DNA from: a virus
Lineage: Duplodnaviria; Caudoviricetes
IMG/VR virus record: IMGVR_UViG_3300025103_000079
Span: 1 to 33,856 of that record
Length of the DNA: 33,856 nt
Direction: 5' to 3' (one strand)
Below, one piece after another: positions 1 to 6,876 of this stretch (positions within the stretch are counted from its first letter, which is position 1; each line of letters opens with the position of its first letter). The notes under the pieces are model-generated. The model ran no database searches, was not told the DNA's origin, and worked only from the letters and a program-made list of their open reading frames with translations. The translations under genes were made by a program, and so were the position numbers.

Positions 1-450
1 GATTTTAAAGATATATTAAGCAAAGTAAAAAGATATGCCAGGAAAGGTGTATTGACAGCTACTATATTAGCTAAATTAACAGGACCGGCATTAGGATTGA
101 ATCCCGAGCAAGTAAAAGATATTACCCAAATTGCCAAAACAGAGATGTCACAGGATCAGCAACAATCAGCTACCATTTCTTATAAGGATTTAATTAAAAA
201 AGCAAAAAAAGAAGGATGGAAGTCCGCGTCCGGGTCTATTCCGTTAACGATGTTTGTAAAAAAATATGATAAAAATACCAACTTCGAGCTTATTACCGCG
301 GTCGGTCAGACCGAAGCAGCTGCCTGGCAATCTGCAGATGCTAATATGGCGGCTAATAAAATGCAAACATTTAAAGCTGGCAAACAAAAAGTAAAATTGG
401 CAAACGGTAATTACCAGGTTATATATATCACGCCAGTCGCGAGTTTCTAA
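1..450 (+). CDS. Hypothetical protein, 5'-truncated by the window edge
   Basis: Frame 1 is open from base 1 (DFKDILSKVKRYARKGVLTATIL...) to TAA at 448-450, so the TTG at 52 is probably internal. Confidence 0.75.
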   Translation, partial: DFKDILSKVKRYARKGVLTATILAKLTGPALGLNPEQVKDITQIAKTEMSQDQQQSATISYKDLIKKAKKEGWKSASGSIPLTMFVKKYDKNTNFELITAVGQTEAAAWQSADANMAANKMQTFKAGKQKVKLANGNYQVIYITPVASF

Positions 451-468
451 AAAAAGTTTCTAAAAAGG

Positions 469-506
469 TTGGTTCGCGTTGCTCATTTCGCTATCTTTAG
501 ATATAA
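469..506 (+). promoter_or_regulatory. Putative early promoter, Bacteroidota sigma-A type (TTG-N20-TATCTTTA)
   Basis: TTG at 469-471 and TATCTTTA at 492-499 resemble the Bacteroidota -33 TTTG / -7 TAnnTTTG consensus and spacing. The element is 35/38 identical to 5891-5928. Confidence 0.75.
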
Positions 507-517
507 GAGATTGAGAG

Positions 518-745
518 ATGAAAGAACAGTTATTCAATATGAGCCATCCAGACTTCCGTCACCTGTTAGGTACGCGAGTCGAGTTTATTTTCAAAGGTCG
601 ACGAATGATTGGCATTGCAGACTTCATTGGTGTTAATACCAATCTGCATAACCAGTTTCAAGTTACGGTTGATCGTTGTCCATTATGGCCAGTTGATCCA
701 AAGACCATTAAAGAATGTCCACGTCAAAAGCCAATTTTCCAATGA
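518..745 (+). CDS. Hypothetical protein (75 aa)
   Basis: ORF directly follows the promoter, and its stop overlaps the next start (ATGA). Confidence 0.75.
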   Translation: MKEQLFNMSHPDFRHLLGTRVEFIFKGRRMIGIADFIGVNTNLHNQFQVTVDRCPLWPVDPKTIKECPRQKPIFQ

Positions 746-1278
746 TACAAAAAGAGTTAAATGAAATACTGCATTTCGCTGCGATTGCACATCAAGGACA
801 AACGCGAAAGTATACCGGGGAGCCTTACATTGTACATCCTATAGCAGTTGCTAATAAAGTCGCTGAAATTGGTGGTAGCATGGAAATGCAAGCCGCGGCT
901 CTCTTGCATGATGTACTTGAAGATACAGATGTAAGTGTCGACGAGCTTGGCCAGTTTCTTTTTTGTACAGTTGCTGTAAAAGATTCGGCAGAAGATATTT
1001 TAGATATGGTTATTGACCTTACTGATGAATTTGAAAAGGTTAAATATCCAGACCTAAACCGAAAGACCCGAAAGGCGATGGAAGCCGATCGATTGTCTAA
1101 AGTCAGTGCCGATGCTCAAACAGTTAAATACTGTGACCTATTTGATAACACTCTTAGCATTACAGAGCATGATCCTAAGTTTTCTAAAGTATACCTTAAA
1201 GAAAAGGCAGTACTACTTGAAGCAATGACAGATGGAAATGTTGAAATCCGCCAAGAATGTTTAAACCAGATTAAATGA
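742..1278 (+). CDS. HD-domain hydrolase, RelA/SpoT hydrolase (Mesh1 / small alarmone hydrolase)-like
   Basis: Motifs AHQGQTRK-GEPYIVHP-VA, AALLHDVLEDT and VKYCDLFDN match the SpoT/Mesh1 pattern. The start was moved to ATG 742 because of the ATGA overlap with the upstream stop. Confidence 0.85.
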   Translation: MIQKELNEILHFAAIAHQGQTRKYTGEPYIVHPIAVANKVAEIGGSMEMQAAALLHDVLEDTDVSVDELGQFLFCTVAVKDSAEDILDMVIDLTDEFEKVKYPDLNRKTRKAMEADRLSKVSADAQTVKYCDLFDNTLSITEHDPKFSKVYLKEKAVLLEAMTDGNVEIRQECLNQIK

Positions 1279-1394
1279 TAGCACAATTAGTATTAGACCT
1301 TTTAATCGTTTCGACGTCAAGTATCATAGTATTTTATATGATAGGCGTTGCATGGTCCGAGGGGTTACCACAAAACAAAGATAATGAAAGCTAA
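1275..1394 (+). CDS. Small membrane protein (39 aa), absent from the ORF track
   Basis: MIAQLVLDLLIVSTSSIIVFYMIGVAWSEGLPQNKDNES. It has an ATGA overlap with the HD gene, one hydrophobic helix, and fills the gap to the next gene. Confidence 0.6.
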   Translation: MIAQLVLDLLIVSTSSIIVFYMIGVAWSEGLPQNKDNES

Positions 1395-1692
1395 ATTAGG
1401 AGATGTAGTTAAATACCAATTCTTGGGATATCCAAAGGAAGGAACTATAACAAAGGTAAATGATGACAATTCATATACCGTTACAGATTTATCGACTAAA
1501 ACCAATTATCCAAAGGCTAAGTTCTTTAAGTATATTAAAGACGAAAAGAAGCAACCAGCCTGGGTTATCCTGGATAAGACCGGTAAAACAAAGGCGAGTG
1601 AAGCACCTAGGAAAGAATCGAATGATTTGGAACCTATGGAATTAAAAAATGCAATAGATAAGCAACGAGATTTTTTAAACCATGATCTTTAA
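1384..1692 (+). CDS. Hypothetical protein with an SH3/KOW-like N-terminus
   Basis: MKAKLGDVVKY...GTITKVNDDNSYTV is a beta-barrel-like pattern. ATG 1384 is preferred over TTG 1348. Confidence 0.7.
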   Translation: MKAKLGDVVKYQFLGYPKEGTITKVNDDNSYTVTDLSTKTNYPKAKFFKYIKDEKKQPAWVILDKTGKTKASEAPRKESNDLEPMELKNAIDKQRDFLNHDL

Positions 1693-1724
1693 ATTTTAAT
1701 GCCGAATAATGTGGCCTGACTTGG

Positions 1725-1732
1725 ATATTTAT
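1725..1732 (+). promoter_or_regulatory. Putative late promoter ATATTTAT
   Basis: Recurrent intergenic octamer, followed by AAAGG and an ATG. Confidence 0.7.
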
Positions 1733-1745
1733 ATTAAAGGAAGTT

Positions 1746-1961
1746 ATGATGATTACATTAGAAAATTTAAATACAGGTGCAGCTTTAGATGGTGATGAGC
1801 TAGAATTCTTCGTGGATGATGAAACCATGATTGGAGAGGTATATTTAGATGGAGAATTAATATACCAGGATTTGGATATTGCTAATGAAAGATTATTGCG
1901 AATGAATTTTTATCAATCCTGGTGTGAATTAGATATGGGCTCTGAATTTGAATATGCTTAA
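1746..1961 (+). CDS. Hypothetical acidic protein (71 aa)
   Basis: ORF with an upstream ATATTTAT and AAAGG. Confidence 0.75.
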   Translation: MMITLENLNTGAALDGDELEFFVDDETMIGEVYLDGELIYQDLDIANERLLRMNFYQSWCELDMGSEFEYA

Positions 1962-1968
1962 TATTTAT
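1961..1968 (+). promoter_or_regulatory. Putative late promoter ATATTTAT
   Basis: Octamer ends 16 nt before ATG 1985, with AAAGGA in between. Confidence 0.7.
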
Positions 1969-1984
1969 TTGAAAGGATTATACA

Positions 1985-2179
1985 ATGAGTAAAACGTCAC
2001 ATGAATTATATGAGTCCATGAAAGAGTTATGGGATACCTTTGAATCAGAGCATACCCGATTTGCTTCGAATGGATTTAAGACAGCGGCCGTTAAGTCAAG
2101 AAAGGCGATTAGTGAAATGAAAAAATTGATCACTGACTACCGTAAGCAATCATTGAACGAAACAAAAAAAATTATCTAA
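1985..2179 (+). CDS. Histone H1-like (Hc1-family) small basic protein
   Basis: The pattern F..E..F...G.K.AA.KSRKA..EMKKL..DYRK.S resembles the short Bacteroidota Hc1-like proteins (G-NKAAG-RARK...EFRK-S). Confidence 0.7.
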   Translation: MSKTSHELYESMKELWDTFESEHTRFASNGFKTAAVKSRKAISEMKKLITDYRKQSLNETKKII

Positions 2180-2556
2180 TGAAAGATATACGTACAAAGT
2201 TAAAAGAAGAAGTTGCTGGTGTTATCAAAGAGGATAAGACGTACGGCACTTTAGCAGATCCAAAAGATTTTGATCCAATTGATCCAGAAATCAATGTGCA
2301 AGGATTTGGTACTTATAGCCGGACTCAATTGCGCGATGGAATAGCGACAAGATTAAAGGCGGCCGCGGATACAGCTAAGAAAGCATCTTCCGGTGGACCA
2401 ATGTCACATACAATGTATCGCAACCTTCGTGGTATCTTAGGTGAAATGTCAGCATTATATTATATGGTAAATGCTGAATTAGATGTTGCCGACCAATTGG
2501 AGAATATGCGTAAGCGAGGTGGCCGCCGCGATATACCAATCCCAAAACAATTTTAA
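2179..2556 (+). CDS. Hypothetical protein (125 aa)
   Basis: TAATG-coupled to the Hc1-like gene. Confidence 0.8.
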   Translation: MKDIRTKLKEEVAGVIKEDKTYGTLADPKDFDPIDPEINVQGFGTYSRTQLRDGIATRLKAAADTAKKASSGGPMSHTMYRNLRGILGEMSALYYMVNAELDVADQLENMRKRGGRRDIPIPKQF

Positions 2557-2563
2557 GATTTAA

Positions 2564-2595
2564 TTTGGTTTATTGAAACCAATTACTTATATTAT
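2564..2595 (+). promoter_or_regulatory. Putative host-type promoter (TTTG-N20-TATATTAT)
   Basis: TTTG at 2564-2567 and TATATTAT at 2588-2595, intergenic, with the same spacing as the other copies. Confidence 0.6.
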
Positions 2596-2624
2596 TCTTA
2601 ATTATTAATTTTAAACAATCAGTT

Positions 2625-2819
2625 ATGCCATTTTATGTAGCAAAAGTAAAAATTGCCACTGATACCCCTAAGGGTGTTAAGTGGGCTACGGAATCCTATC
2701 TTGTTGATGCCGTATCAGTAACACATGCAGAAACCAAAGTAAATGAAGACTTCAAAAATGATGGAGTTGAATTTGAAGTGAAAGGAGTTTCACAATCCAG
2801 AATTTGTAAAGTTATTTAA
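2625..2819 (+). CDS. DUF4494-like protein
   Basis: F..KVK......G..K..TE.YLVDAVS.T.AE..V is the pattern of this Bacteroidota-associated family. Confidence 0.75.
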   Translation: MPFYVAKVKIATDTPKGVKWATESYLVDAVSVTHAETKVNEDFKNDGVEFEVKGVSQSRICKVI

Positions 2820-2840
2820 TAACCCTCTAAACAATTTTAA

Positions 2841-3203
2841 ATGTATAGTATTGGAGAAAATGTCATAATCAAGTATTATGATTCAAATCAAGTTGGACAA
2901 GTAGTAGATATCCACCGCAATAAAAACACTGGGGATACTTATGATGTAATGTCCGAAAAAGGCACAATGTATAGCTATAGCGCTGTAGATAAGCCGAAAC
3001 TAAATCAATATATCGATTCCGAGTTAACTGATAAGTTAATTGATACCGGCGATATTACTACCAATCTTAAAGTAGGATGGATTGGTAATTATGCTGATGG
3101 TGTTCAACCTTCCGCTTTCTGGTTAAATGGTGAAGAGCCTAACCTATTTAATAACATGACAACGATGCTAGATGACGAAGGAACAGAAAAAAGTCCTGCT
3201 TAA
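2841..3203 (+). CDS. Hypothetical protein with an SH3-like N-terminus
   Basis: YSIGENVII...GQVVDI...TYDV. Confidence 0.75.
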   Translation: MYSIGENVIIKYYDSNQVGQVVDIHRNKNTGDTYDVMSEKGTMYSYSAVDKPKLNQYIDSELTDKLIDTGDITTNLKVGWIGNYADGVQPSAFWLNGEEPNLFNNMTTMLDDEGTEKSPA

Positions 3204-3459
3204 ATATCCGGATGCAAAATTACATCATGGTATGAACGGAGAATGTTTTGTACAGGCAGGGGAATTAAATCTAAATGAAGAATTCTTAATGCCTGCTACA
3301 AGCGATCCTTCATTAGCATGGGAGTATGCAGCTTTATCAACACGCACCAAACAGCATTTTGATAGAACGCATCCTAACCGAATGAATCTTAGTTCGGATG
3401 AGAGAAAAAAATCACGTTATAGTAGACGTAGAAATAAAAGGAGAGCAAATGGGAGTTAA
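3172..3459 (+). CDS. Hypothetical protein with an Arg/Lys-rich C-terminus
   Basis: ORF in a tightly packed operon. Confidence 0.75.
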   Translation: MTKEQKKVLLKYPDAKLHHGMNGECFVQAGELNLNEEFLMPATSDPSLAWEYAALSTRTKQHFDRTHPNRMNLSSDERKKSRYSRRRNKRRANGS

Positions 3460-4189
3460 GAACTTAATTAAGAAAATGATCGATCCAGATTTCGCAAAGG
3501 AAATTGATATCCAGGAAGAAGATTTGCAGGTAGAAGCTTACAATGAAAACTTTCCACCGGAAGAAGATAATGCGGCAGAATTACCAGAAATGGATAATCC
3601 GGCATTGCCAGAAGATTATTTAGAATATGCACCAGAAGCTGTTGGATATGGTAACAGAGAACAGCAGTTTGGTATTTATTCTACAATTGCACCTTACTTC
3701 GGAGACGATGATACCATTATGGACTTTGGTTGTGGTCGTGGAGACTTTTATGCCTGGTATACGCAGACATATAATAAGGAACCAAACTACCGAGGTATTG
3801 ATTTAAGTGAACCTCTTATCGAAGCAGGCCTTAAGGTATATCCTAACGCACAAATTATTTGTGGTGATTGGAATGATACCGCTCAATATGATATGGCCGA
3901 TTGGTGTATAAACGTTGGATCTCTTAATATGAGATATGATGCTGATACCGTTACATCTGATATGGAATATTTTGATAAAACAGTATTAACAATGTTTGAT
4001 AAATGTGAGAAAGGAGTGATTCTTTTACTTGCAAGTGACCTCATCAATGATGATGTGGAAGCTATATCGGTATTTAATGCCGGTGACACTCTAAATAGAG
4101 TTTTAAAATTAGTTGCAGACAAAAAAGGGTATGTAGCTTTAGATCATTCCTTCGCGGATGGTATGTTTAGTTTAATTATTTATAAGTAA
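3449..4189 (+). CDS. Class I SAM-dependent methyltransferase with an acidic N-terminal extension
   Basis: Motif I IMDFGCGRG, YRGIDLSEPLI and ICGD. ATG 3449 is preferred because it gives a short overlap with the previous gene. Confidence 0.85.
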   Translation: MGVKNLIKKMIDPDFAKEIDIQEEDLQVEAYNENFPPEEDNAAELPEMDNPALPEDYLEYAPEAVGYGNREQQFGIYSTIAPYFGDDDTIMDFGCGRGDFYAWYTQTYNKEPNYRGIDLSEPLIEAGLKVYPNAQIICGDWNDTAQYDMADWCINVGSLNMRYDADTVTSDMEYFDKTVLTMFDKCEKGVILLLASDLINDDVEAISVFNAGDTLNRVLKLVADKKGYVALDHSFADGMFSLIIYK

Positions 4190-4190
4190 G

Positions 4191-4460
4191 ATGGGTAGAA
4201 TTAATAACAGTTTTGGATTTGATAAAAAGCGTACGCAAAAATTAGGTAAATTTTATAATTCAATTGATTTCGAAATTAAATCAGATTATAGTGTGGATGA
4301 ATTTAGAGATAATCCAAATAAGCCGGTAGTAGGTACATTTGAAATTGGTAATAAGCGATTCCCATTAACCTTCTCAGAGCTTAATCTTATCGAGCAAACA
4401 GTTCGTGAGGCCAAAGAAGCGGTTAATAAAGGATATTCTTTAGGAATGTCCGGCCGGTAA
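4191..4460 (+). CDS. Hypothetical protein (89 aa)
   Basis: ORF begins 1 nt after the methyltransferase stop. Confidence 0.8.
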   Translation: MGRINNSFGFDKKRTQKLGKFYNSIDFEIKSDYSVDEFRDNPNKPVVGTFEIGNKRFPLTFSELNLIEQTVREAKEAVNKGYSLGMSGR

Positions 4461-4497
4461 AGTAACGTAGGGCAGGGTAATACCTGCCCAGGTTACT
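4461..4497 (+). other. GC-rich stem-loop with internal loop (terminator, processing or stability element)
   Basis: AGTAAC/GTTACT (6 bp), a GTA/AG internal loop, GGGCAGG/CCTGCCC (7 bp) and a GTAATA loop. No U-tract follows. Confidence 0.65.
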
Positions 4498-4508
4498 ACC
4501 CGCGTAAC

Positions 4509-4516
4509 ATATTTAT
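4509..4516 (+). promoter_or_regulatory. Putative late promoter ATATTTAT
   Basis: Octamer upstream of TAAGG and ATG 4534. Confidence 0.7.
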
Positions 4517-4533
4517 ATAAAAATAAGGCTTAG

Positions 4534-4728
4534 ATGATTTCAGAACAAATGGAAATAGCGATTGCTGATATTCTAGAAATTAAAGATTCGGAACAGCGAT
4601 TGTCAAATTTAAAACAATTTCTGTCAGGATTTAAAGCTCACTTTGAAAAATATGGCACTGATTATACACGTGTTGCAGCTCAAATATATATAAATGAACT
4701 TAGACGATCTTCACATAACAAGAGATGA
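4534..4728 (+). CDS. Hypothetical protein (64 aa)
   Basis: ORF with a promoter and an SD-like motif. Confidence 0.7.
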   Translation: MISEQMEIAIADILEIKDSEQRLSNLKQFLSGFKAHFEKYGTDYTRVAAQIYINELRRSSHNKR

Positions 4729-5143
4729 TTTTGAATTCTTAAGAGAACTCAAATCGTATGAGAAGATTGAATTCTTATGGGATTGCCAGTTCGTAAATAA
4801 AGAATATTCATTAACTTCCGGCCTCGAGGAGATGGAGGAAGAGATTGAAATAGATCTTGAAGAAAATTTAGAATCATTAACAAGCCCTCACCATCCGATT
4901 GCGCATGAAGAATATTATGATTTTACTACTAGATCTAGACTAGTATTATCTATGTATAATGGTAGGCTACACGTTAATTGTACCAGCCTTAAATTATTAC
5001 GGGCATGGATATTTAAAATGGTCGTAAATGATGGCGTTATATTAGAACAAGTAAAGGACGCTAAAAAAGGAGAACATGACATCTATCGATATTACAAATG
5101 TTATACCATCCTAGGACGAGCTAATCCAATTTGTCCTAACTAG
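4694..5143 (+). CDS. Hypothetical protein (149 aa)
   Basis: ORF overlapping the previous gene, with an acidic central stretch. Confidence 0.75.
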   Translation: MNLDDLHITRDDFEFLRELKSYEKIEFLWDCQFVNKEYSLTSGLEEMEEEIEIDLEENLESLTSPHHPIAHEEYYDFTTRSRLVLSMYNGRLHVNCTSLKLLRAWIFKMVVNDGVILEQVKDAKKGEHDIYRYYKCYTILGRANPICPN

Positions 5144-5144
5144 T

Positions 5145-5152
5145 ATATTTAT
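5145..5152 (+). promoter_or_regulatory. Putative late promoter ATATTTAT for hsp20
   Basis: Intergenic octamer immediately before the left arm of the inverted repeat. Confidence 0.7.
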
Positions 5153-5153
5153 T

Positions 5154-5179
5154 ATAGACTGATACTTAGCAGGTCGGTC
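5154..5179 (+). repeat. Left arm of the inverted repeat flanking hsp20
   Basis: ATAGACTGATA-CTT-AGCAGGTCGGTC is complementary to 5640-5662, with a 3-nt bulge and one G.U pair. Confidence 0.85.
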
Positions 5180-5218
5180 ACTTTTTATTAATTAACAAAT
5201 CATCTAAGGAGATTTATT

Positions 5219-5632
5219 ATGGGAAATTTAACACACTTTGGCACATCGCCATTCGACATCCTTTTCAAGGATTTTTTTATTGCAGATGGAGAATTCGCTC
5301 CATTCAACCAAATCAGATTTAAGCATCCAGTAGATATTTATGAGTCAAATGATTCATTGAATATCGATATTGCATGTGTTGGTCTAACAAAGAAAGATAT
5401 TGATATCACTATCGAAGGAGATATCTTACGCGTTGAATACAAAAAAGACAAGATCGATGATCCTGTGGAATATATTCAGCGTAACATCGCAAAACGAGCC
5501 TTTAATATGGGCTGGAGAATTAGTAGAAAGTTCGACCTAGGTGGGCTAGACGCTAAACTCCAAAACGGATTGCTACATCTTAGCATTCCGCAATCAGAGG
5601 AAAACAAACCTCAATTAGTTACAATTAAGTAA
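5219..5632 (+). CDS. hsp20: Small heat-shock protein (Hsp20 / alpha-crystallin family)
   Basis: PVDIYE...IDIACVGLTKKDIDITIEGDILRV...RNIAKRAF...AKLQNGLLHLSIP and the C-terminal V-T-I motif. SD-like TAAGGAG upstream. Confidence 0.95.
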   Translation: MGNLTHFGTSPFDILFKDFFIADGEFAPFNQIRFKHPVDIYESNDSLNIDIACVGLTKKDIDITIEGDILRVEYKKDKIDDPVEYIQRNIAKRAFNMGWRISRKFDLGGLDAKLQNGLLHLSIPQSEENKPQLVTIK

Positions 5633-5639
5633 TTAACTA

Positions 5640-5662
5640 GACCGACCTGCTTATCAGTTTAT
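5640..5662 (+). repeat. Right arm of the inverted repeat flanking hsp20
   Basis: GACCGACCTGCT-TATCAGTTTAT, starting 8 nt after the stop codon. Confidence 0.85.
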
Positions 5663-5687
5663 TACCTCGAATACGTTCATATACGAC

Positions 5688-5873
5688 ATGAGTCCAACCG
5701 ATCATATAATCAAATACAACGATAACCTATATGTCGTTAAACGAACTGTATGGGAACATCACCAGCCTATTATTAATGCATGGAAAGAACATCTCGGAGC
5801 CGATACCGTCTTACGTCGTGATGGTAAGCTATGGTTCTGCATACAAATACCAGAAGCAGAAATAATAGAGTAA
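5688..5873 (+). CDS. Hypothetical protein (61 aa)
   Basis: ORF fills the gap between hsp20 and the next promoter. Confidence 0.75.
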   Translation: MSPTDHIIKYNDNLYVVKRTVWEHHQPIINAWKEHLGADTVLRRDGKLWFCIQIPEAEIIE

Positions 5874-5889
5874 CTTTTTTCAACTTTTA

Positions 5890-5938
5890 TTTGGTTCGCG
5901 TTGATCTTTTCGCCATCTTTAGATATAACCTTTAAAGA
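5890..5938 (+). promoter_or_regulatory. Putative early promoter plus short leader (TTTG-N20-CATCTTTA)
   Basis: Its first 38 nt (5891-5928) are near-identical to 469-506, and 5915-5942 (28 nt) is identical to 6376-6403. Confidence 0.75.
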
Positions 5939-6346
5939 ATGAGTAAGATGAATCAAGATTTTATGACCCGAGTGCATGATGAGTTAAATATTACGATTGG
6001 CGTTGATGACGTTGTTCGTGGTAAAATTGAAGCTTTCAATAAAGCCGTCCATGATGATCTATGGTATGAACCTTTTATGAAAGCAATGAGAGCGGCCAAG
6101 ACCGTGATCAAGCTTGAGAATATTACCATGCGCCAGGCATGTGAGATGGCAGAATCGCTTAGAATTGCTAAGCCTAAGGCGTTTGTAAATGTTGAATCGC
6201 CTGAACCAAATGGGGACTTTATTTGCAATGTGACTTGGAATGACCAATGCACCGAGTTTCTTGAGTATGAAACCTATACTGAGGAAGGCGCCGAGATAAT
6301 CGCAGAGATTAAGCGCCAGCGGGAATCGATGCCAGTTAATTATTAA
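5939..6346 (+). CDS. Hypothetical early protein (135 aa)
   Basis: ORF bracketed by two promoter repeats. Confidence 0.8.
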   Translation: MSKMNQDFMTRVHDELNITIGVDDVVRGKIEAFNKAVHDDLWYEPFMKAMRAAKTVIKLENITMRQACEMAESLRIAKPKAFVNVESPEPNGDFICNVTWNDQCTEFLEYETYTEEGAEIIAEIKRQRESMPVNY

Positions 6347-6350
6347 TTAA

Positions 6351-6399
6351 TTTGGTACTTTGGATTCAATTCCCTATCTTTAGATATAACCTTTAAAGA
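6351..6399 (+). promoter_or_regulatory. Putative early promoter plus short leader (TTTG-N20-TATCTTTA)
   Basis: TTTG at 6351-6354 and TATCTTTA at 6375-6382, carrying the shared 28-nt direct repeat. Confidence 0.75.
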
Positions 6400-6876
6400 A
6401 TGAATGATATGATAGAGTATTTTAAGAGAGTAGCCAAAATGGCAAAGGGTGAGAACCAGTCACCAGAAATGAGTGCGATTGCAGAGATTGCAAATAAGGC
6501 AGTTGCCAATCCAGAATGGACAAAGGACCAGGGTGGTGATGACCTTGACCCCGGAGTGCAGATTCAGCAGATTATAGCTAGCGCCAAGAATAAGAGCAAT
6601 AACCTAAACCGTATTAAGCAGCTTGTTAGTAGCCTGCACCTTCTAGAAGCGATTCGTGAAGGTCGGGTTGAGTTGGAAGATTTGCAAAATGTAAGTGGTT
6701 CTGATTATCCGGATTTTACCGATGCTTATTTCCAAACCGGATACCTTACTTCCATTACGGAGCACCAAGGTAAGAAGATTGAAACGGTTAGAGAGTTAAC
6801 TGAGGATGAAATGGAGTTCCTTGATTATGAGTGCGGTGAATGGGTGTATGACCAAAAGCATGATACGTTATTTTAA
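6400..6876 (+). CDS. Hypothetical early protein (158 aa, DYPDF.DAY motif)
   Basis: ORF directly after the promoter repeat. Confidence 0.8.
   Translation: MNDMIEYFKRVAKMAKGENQSPEMSAIAEIANKAVANPEWTKDQGGDDLDPGVQIQQIIASAKNKSNNLNRIKQLVSSLHLLEAIREGRVELEDLQNVSGSDYPDFTDAYFQTGYLTSITEHQGKKIETVRELTEDEMEFLDYECGEWVYDQKHDTLF

Noticed and set aside
442-466. 12-bp tandem duplication AGTTTCTAAAAA before the first early promoter
   Set aside because: It is low-complexity and could be an UP-like A-tract or slippage. No mobile element lies between the copies.
1460-1645. Alternative-frame + strand ORFs (1460-1645, also 17371-17556)
   Set aside because: They are fully nested in longer genes and have no initiation signals.
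3172-3459. Possible ribosomal protein bS21 homologue (Arg/Lys-rich C-terminus)
   Set aside because: It lacks the bS21 core (AL(R/K)RFK, F/Y.KPS), so the similarity is compositional only.
5166-5173. CIRCE/HrcA operator upstream of hsp20 (TTAGCA...)
   Set aside because: Only 6 nt of one half-site match, and there is no GAGTGCTAA 9 nt downstream.
5197-5215. ROSE-like thermometer hairpin over the hsp20 SD (ATCT-AAGG-AGAT or AAATC...GATTT)
   Set aside because: Only 4-5 A/U-rich pairs and no U(U/C)GCU ROSE motif, which is too weak to call.
469-6403. CRISPR mini-array interpretation of the 28-38 nt repeats
   Set aside because: The copies are separated by whole genes (about 460 bp to 5.4 kb) and match promoter architecture.
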